DNA of 64,000 nt from Eledone cirrhosa. Its lineage: Eukaryota. Positions within the stretch are counted from its first letter, which is position 1. Each line of letters starts with the position of its first letter. The translations under genes and the position numbers were made by a program. Where the stretch lies: the NCBI GenBank assembly GCA_964016885.1, contig OZ024743.1, positions 276,272,001-276,336,000 of the forward strand. Direction: 5' to 3'. Positions 57,485 through 64,000 of this stretch are shown here, piece after piece. The notes under the pieces were generated by a model. That model saw only the letters and a list, made by a program, of their open reading frames with translations. It ran no database searches and was not told where the DNA came from.

Positions 57485-57539
<55 letters not shown>

Positions 57540-57928
57540 CACACACATAGGAAAAGAGTCAGGACTGCGACGGCTGAGCTCCGGCCGTTTCGGCAGCTAG
57601 ATCCGAAACGACCGGAGCATAGCCGTCGGGGTCTTGACTCTTTTCCTATTATCCACTCTCATACCCTAAGTATCGAGTACTCTGGTGCGTTATGGTCCAT
57701 CTGGTTACTTACCACACTTTCTTTGTTATATATATATATAAATATAATTGGTGTTGGAGGCTTAAAGCGTCCGTATGCGGTAGGCCGTATGAGCTCTCAA
57801 TGTCCTCGTAGAGCAGAGTATGATATCACAGAAAAAATATTTTGTAATATGTCCAATAAATTCCTTTCGTCGCAACACTGATTCTCTTTTTTCTGTGATA
57901 TATATAAATATATATATATATGACAAAG

Positions 57929-57966
<38 letters not shown>

Positions 57967-57987
57967 AGTGTGGTAAGAAACTAGGTG

Positions 57988-58045
<58 letters not shown>

Positions 58046-58100
58046 CACTGGTTTCTTACCACACTTTCTCTATATATATATATATATAAATATATATATA

Positions 58101-58184
<84 letters not shown>

Positions 58185-58236
58185 TATATATATATTTCTA
58201 TATATATATATGTATGTGTGTGTGTAAATATATATA

Positions 58237-58292
<56 letters not shown>

Positions 58293-58355
58293 TATATATG
58301 TAATATTGATATATTACTTGATTGTTACATTATTTTCCTATCTCATCAGTTCGGT

Positions 58356-58391
<36 letters not shown>

Positions 58392-58482
58392 GTGAACCTA
58401 ATATAACTGTGTACAAATGCCTCTTGTGTTTTGTTTGTTCATTTTCAACTATATATATATATACATGTACTTTTTTTCTCTT

Positions 58483-58539
58483 ATGAAAGGCTGAATGAGT
58501 TGGGGGCCAGAACCCAGCGAAACATAAGTACCTGTTTAT
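58483..58539 (+). ncRNA. Hammerhead ribozyme motif, CUGAAUGA core variant
   Basis: AGG-CTGAATGA-GTTGGG(ggccagaa)CCCAGC-GAAA-CATAAG-TA^CCT. Confidence 0.65.
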
Positions 58540-58672
58540 GTCGTTGTTGTAATTATATATATATATATTAATTAGTAGTGGCGCTAAAACACGGTTATTA
58601 ACGAATTTATATACACAAATATATGATTAATATATTCACTCACGTAGACATATATATGTGTGTGTGTGTGTA

Positions 58673-58778
<106 letters not shown>

Positions 58779-58779
58779 C

Positions 58780-58811
<32 letters not shown>

Positions 58812-58873
58812 GTAGATAAATCTACCAAGAGTTTACGGTAGTGTCCAATTGTTGTTATTATCAATAAATATAC

Positions 58874-59027
58874 TTCATTATTTCTGAAGACGGCATATAT
58901 ATGTGTTGGTATGTATATTTAATCTTGATAATTTGTATAATTTTGTATAATTTTGTACATAGATCTGTTGAATATGCATACCAATTCTAACACATATATA
59001 TCCTAGAAACGATCGTTAAATAATGAA
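58874..59027 (+). ncRNA. Type I hammerhead ribozyme motif with long stem II
   Basis: TTCATTATTT-CTGAAGA-[ATATATATGTGTTGG...CTAACACATATATAT]-GAAA-CGATCG-TT^AAATAATGAA: 10-bp stem I, palindromic stem III; second copy at 22827-22970. Confidence 0.75.
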
Positions 59028-59921
59028 CTTTTTTTGTTTAATATAAGGAATTGTTTATTCATTATTTGTTTAATATTTTATATATATATATATATATATA
59101 TACATATTTTTTTATACATATATACATCTGTATGTATTTGTGTGTCTTCTCCACATTCCTTACACGTATCATGTTTTATATAAACTGCAGGTGTAAACCT
59201 TTTCTTTGTATCTCATTGCCCCCCGTCTCTTTGTCATTTGCTCTCTCTATCTTACCTTTTCTCTCTTTTGGACCTCCGTCGGGTCCGACGGTGAGCATTC
59301 CACTTGTTTGATTAACAAAACAATCTGCTTACGAAATCATCATGCATGTGGCTTAACATTCCACAGACACGTGTACTCTTAACACAACTCTAAGCGATAT
59401 TCAGTATGACGTTGTGTTTTACGTGTTACAAGCCTGACCATTTGAACTTACGTATATAACTCATTTTTACCAGGTGACTGAACAAGATGAAGCTGAATAA
59501 GAACACAATGCGCCGCCAGGGATCGAACTACCGACTTTACAATCACAAGTCAAGCACCCTAACCACTAAGCAACTCGTCTTGACAATGTTTCTTACAATA
59601 TCCCAGTGACATGATCAGCAATGTACTCGAAACTCTGAGCAATAGCAAATAGTAATATTAATACCATGATAGATAGTTACACTCCATATTGAGTACTTTT
59701 TGTTTCAAAACAATCGCACACGTGTACACGAAATCACGCGTATATTACTGGTACGTTATCAATGGTGTACTGTAATGATAAGTTGTTTAGATCTGTCTTT
59801 ACATACAGCGTTGATTAAAAATCTATAGTGATATTTTATTTTTCAGTATATATATATATATGGGTCAAGTATTAAATTTGTAGAAAAAAACAACAAATTT
59901 CTACAAATTTCACACTTGACG

Positions 59922-59964
<43 letters not shown>

Positions 59965-60026
59965 CGGATCTACGGATCTAACTGTTGAAACGGCAGGAGT
60001 TCAGCCGTCGGGGTCCCGAATCCTTC

Positions 60027-60112
<86 letters not shown>

Positions 60113-60311
60113 TTCAAGTAAACGAGGTATCGTTTAAGGTAATCCAAGTAGAGGTTATAAGTAATCTGTACTGTGGAGGGTTATAACGTGCGGCGTTGGT
60201 TGACTCAACAAGATGTCTACTTAGTTGTGGCATTCGGATCACATACTAGCCAATGAAACATGTTAATACTTGGAATAAACCCTACTGTATAGCTTATCCG
60301 TGTTATTCTTC

Positions 60312-60391
<80 letters not shown>

Positions 60392-60995
60392 TATTTACGA
60401 AGCATTAAACTCGAACTCAGATCTGACATGTGCCGGACGGCTGCGCTACCATTACACTAAAGCCACGCTGACCACTACCCGTTGCTTTTGAGCCTTACCT
60501 ATCGGCCAGTGGATGCAAACCTTACACATTAAAGAAGCTTTTTTGCTATTTCATTTAAGCGTTAACTTAATATCCCTTTACGTAACTCTTCTCCAAGTTT
60601 GTTTCACTGTTTTTATTTTGCATGGTTTAAATCGTGCGAAACCATTTTGCTGGTTTGGGGAGCTGATGGAGGTGAAAATGTGTGTGTATAAACTTGTCTT
60701 GTACATCGCCTTTATTTCCTTCTTCCAGTCACTTTTATGCGCCACCACGCTACTCCTTATCCTCCTTCTCTTTCAATTTTTTCTATATTTCATCTGCCTG
60801 TCACCCACCTTGTGGATTGTCTCTCTGTTGACCAGTGGTTGTTTTGCTGCTCTCTGTCCTTTAAGGCATATTCCCTCACCACTGTCTTTGACAGCATTCA
60901 GCTGTTTTTAACGGCTATTCTAGCGATGAGTTTTCTCATTTTTTATATGTATTCAAATACACACCCGCTTCGTCTCGAACAGGGATTCCCGCATT

Positions 60996-61092
<97 letters not shown>

Positions 61093-61110
61093 TATGTATG
61101 TATAGTATAT

Positions 61111-61142
<32 letters not shown>

Positions 61143-61178
61143 ATATATAGTATATATATATATGTATTATATAGATAT

Positions 61179-61215
<37 letters not shown>

Positions 61216-61253
61216 CCAGGGAGTGTAACTTGGAGTTACTGTAGATATTTCAT

Positions 61254-61284
<31 letters not shown>

Positions 61285-61374
61285 TTAATATAGATGAGAT
61301 TCTACAGGACTAGAACTGTTTCATTCTTTAGAAATCACCAGGAATCTGGCTGTCCAAAATAATTTGGGACAGCC

Positions 61375-61425
61375 AGATTCCTGATGATTTCTAAAGAATG
61401 AAACAGTCCTAGTCCTGTAGAATCT
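61375..61425 (+). ncRNA. Type I hammerhead ribozyme motif
   Basis: AGATTC-CTGATGA-tTTC(taaa)GAAt-GAAA-CAG..CTG-TA^GAATCT: 6-bp stem I, intact core, GUA cleavage triplet. Confidence 0.8.
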
Positions 61426-61514
61426 CATCTATATTAAAACTTTTATACTCTGCTATGTATTGAGTACCTTACTTACTGTGGTTACCTCCGATTCAACCCG
61501 GAATAACTTACCTT

Positions 61515-61584
<70 letters not shown>

Positions 61585-61864
61585 AGATATATATATATGT
61601 GTATATATATATATTTACTGTCTTAACTTTAAAAAAAAAAATATATATATATTATATATACATATGTATATATAATTTGTGTGTCTACATACATGTGGGT
61701 GACAAACCGTCTTCAGGCTACAGCGAATGACAGACGCGTGTAGGTGGTGAGATACAGAGAAAATTTACGCGTGCAGTATATGTAAAACGTGATCCGTGTA
61801 AGAAATACGAAGACACACGTGCAACCACACACACACACAAAACGCGCGCGCATGCGCTTACTTA

Positions 61865-62777
61865 TCTATCTATATAAAACTGAGGATGTCTGTCTGTGTG
61901 TGTGTGAGTTTGAATCCCTAAAACTCGAGAACCACCCAACCGACTGTTTTCAAACTTTACACATGTAATACCTATGTTTCAGGGAGTGTTCTGAGCAAAA
62001 ATTTCAATTTTCAAATTTTCAATGCCCTAGGGACCGCATTAGGCGATTTAGCGATCTCTCTCTATAATTCTTAGTCTTTCTCTTTTTAGATAGATACATA
62101 CATATATCGTCGTGACCTTATAATATATGTCTGTATGTCTGGCTATCTGCATTACGTCACTTCCCTGAGGATGTCTGTGTGTGTGTGTGTGTGTGTGAGT
62201 TTGAATCCCTAAAACTCGAGAAGTACCCAACCGATTTTTTCCAAACTTTACATGTGTATTATGTTTCAGGGGGTGTTATGCACACAACAAAATTCAACTT
62301 TTTGATCTCCTAGGGCTCGCATTAGGTGAAAAACTGCGTTTTTAAGCTTTTTATGGTTTTTTGAGGCGTTACGTCAGACCGATTTCCTTGAAATTGTAAC
62401 TATGTATTAGTCAGTCTCTTCTTCATACCGTGAGCAAAGAAAATACAACTTTTTTAGTGTGAAAAACTTCATTTTTAGGTGAAAAACTTCATTTTTTCAG
62501 CTTTTTAGAGCTTTTTGGAGGTGTTACGTCTAGCCGATTTCCCGAAATTTCAAGGCATATTATGCACATAAAAAAAATTCATTTTCTTGATCCCCTAGTG
62601 AAAACCTGCATTTTTCATGCTTCATCGAGGACAATCTTAAAGATTATCCAGCCATCGGAGTAATCGGTTTATTTTCTTTACATATTGTCCAGGCAAGCAG
62701 TTTTTCCACGATCAGGTCTGTTGGCGGCCCGCGTTCCAAAATACCTTATCCCGTGCAACGCCGGGTACGACTTCTAG
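61865..62777 (+). mobile_element. Non-autonomous Helitron-like element with internal duplication
   Basis: 5' TCTATCTATATAAAACT followed by a (TCTG/TG)n microsatellite; 3' hairpin CCCGTGCAACGCCGGG then CTAG (62774-62777) followed by T; 61880-62045 repeated at 62165-62330. Confidence 0.8.
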
Positions 62778-63880
62778 TTTAATATAAAGCGCAGTCGCTT
62801 CAAACGCGATTTCAAAAGCATGCTGTTCTGCTTTTTTTTTGTTTGGAACACATATCGTTGGAACCGACGGAGGCCCAACACACAACAGTTTATTGAATAG
62901 AGATAAATTATATCTTGTTTTATCATGTTGGCACAAAGCCATGCAATTATATAGCTTAGGAATATCGGCGATGAAATCGATACAAATATTTTAATGTTAC
63001 TTATTTTATCGATCTCGAAGGGATGAAAGGTAAAGTTGACCCCAATGGGAATTGAACTGAACTAAATAGTACCGAAATACAGTTTAATTCAATAATCAAC
63101 CATTTTTATCACTCCATCGTTTTCTAACTAAGTACCTATTGATTCTCTAAATTTAGTGCAAGCTTAATATAGTGAAATATATATAGTAGAGTCCATTCGT
63201 TTTTATTCTGAGTTCATACGAACGCAAAGGGTTTGCTAAAATATTTCTGGGGTTCCTACATGGGTTGTCTGTAAAGTCTGACAGGTTTTCATGTCATTCC
63301 CCACGATATTTTAAACGAATAGGCTACTTTGCCGGTCACGGTAAATATAAATAGTGTTAGTGTTGGGTTTGGGTTAGTGTTAGGGTTAGAGTTTAAATTG
63401 TCTTAATAATTGGTGGTGAAAAGAAATAAACTTCTGTGTTAAATCTGTGTGTTGTTAATTTTAACATTATTTGCCTTCATAATAATTGTTTCTACTTTTG
63501 GCACAAGGCCAGCAATTACCCAGTGTATTACTGGTACTTTATTTTATCGACCCCGTAAGGATGAAAGGCAAAGTTAACCTCGGCCCGATTTGAACTCAGA
63601 ATGGAAAGGGCCGTAACTCTTTGTGTCAAAGCATGGCGTCCGACCCTCTACCGATACTGCCAATCCACTTGTCTTCCATTTGCCTTCATAATAATGGTTT
63701 CTGATTTAGGCACAAGGTCAATAAACTCTATGCATCAAAGCATGGTGTTTGACACTCTTACCCACAAAATAACCAATGGGTCTATTTTACCTGGACCGGC
63801 AGAATAGCCTCTTCTTATTTTAAAAGCTTCTCTTTTAAAATGTTATTCTTTTATGAAATGGGATATTTTATTATATAGGG

Positions 63881-63975
63881 CAGAGGTTCTCAAAGTGGGT
63901 GCTACTGCCCCCAGGTGAGCGTTGAGAAGATCCAGGGGGGAGCGCTGGGGTCTAAGGTGCTGGTGGTGGGGGGCG
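63881..63975 (+). mobile_element. hAT-Charlie-like MITE left end
   Basis: CAGAGGTTCTCAAAGTGGG terminal motif; the other end is not visible in the window. Confidence 0.45.
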
Positions 63976-64000
63976 GTAGATATAATAGTATATTAGATAT

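Noticed and set aside
63355-63392. Degenerate TTAGGG-like run
   Set aside because: Only ~6 imperfect units; too short to call an interstitial telomere

Overview
AT-rich, microsatellite-dense eukaryotic genomic DNA. The repeat content and protein sequence fit a lophotrochozoan, probably an octopus or other coleoid cephalopod (inference). The only host gene I can support is the 5' end of a TCF/LEF (pangolin/TCF7L2-like) gene on the minus strand. Exon 1 (10933-10790) encodes the beta-catenin-binding domain, exon 2 lies at 10204-10129, and the rest of the gene runs off the left edge. About 4.4 kb upstream is a tRNA-Arg(TCG) gene. The remaining ~50 kb holds tRNA-derived SINEs, decayed Penelope and RTE-type retroelements, Helitron-type elements and several MITE classes, embedded in (TA)n/(CA)n tracts. 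The most striking unannotated signal is a dozen or so sequence-diverse type-I hammerhead ribozyme motifs. They sit in short, often fold-back elements inserted in (TA)n, many sharing a 3' ACTC-loop-GAGT hairpin, and look like a non-autonomous Penelope-derived system. Perfect TCF-binding motifs around the TCF gene suggest autoregulation. Nearly all ORFs in the supplied track are microsatellite artefacts. All structures were read by eye; nothing was computed or searched.
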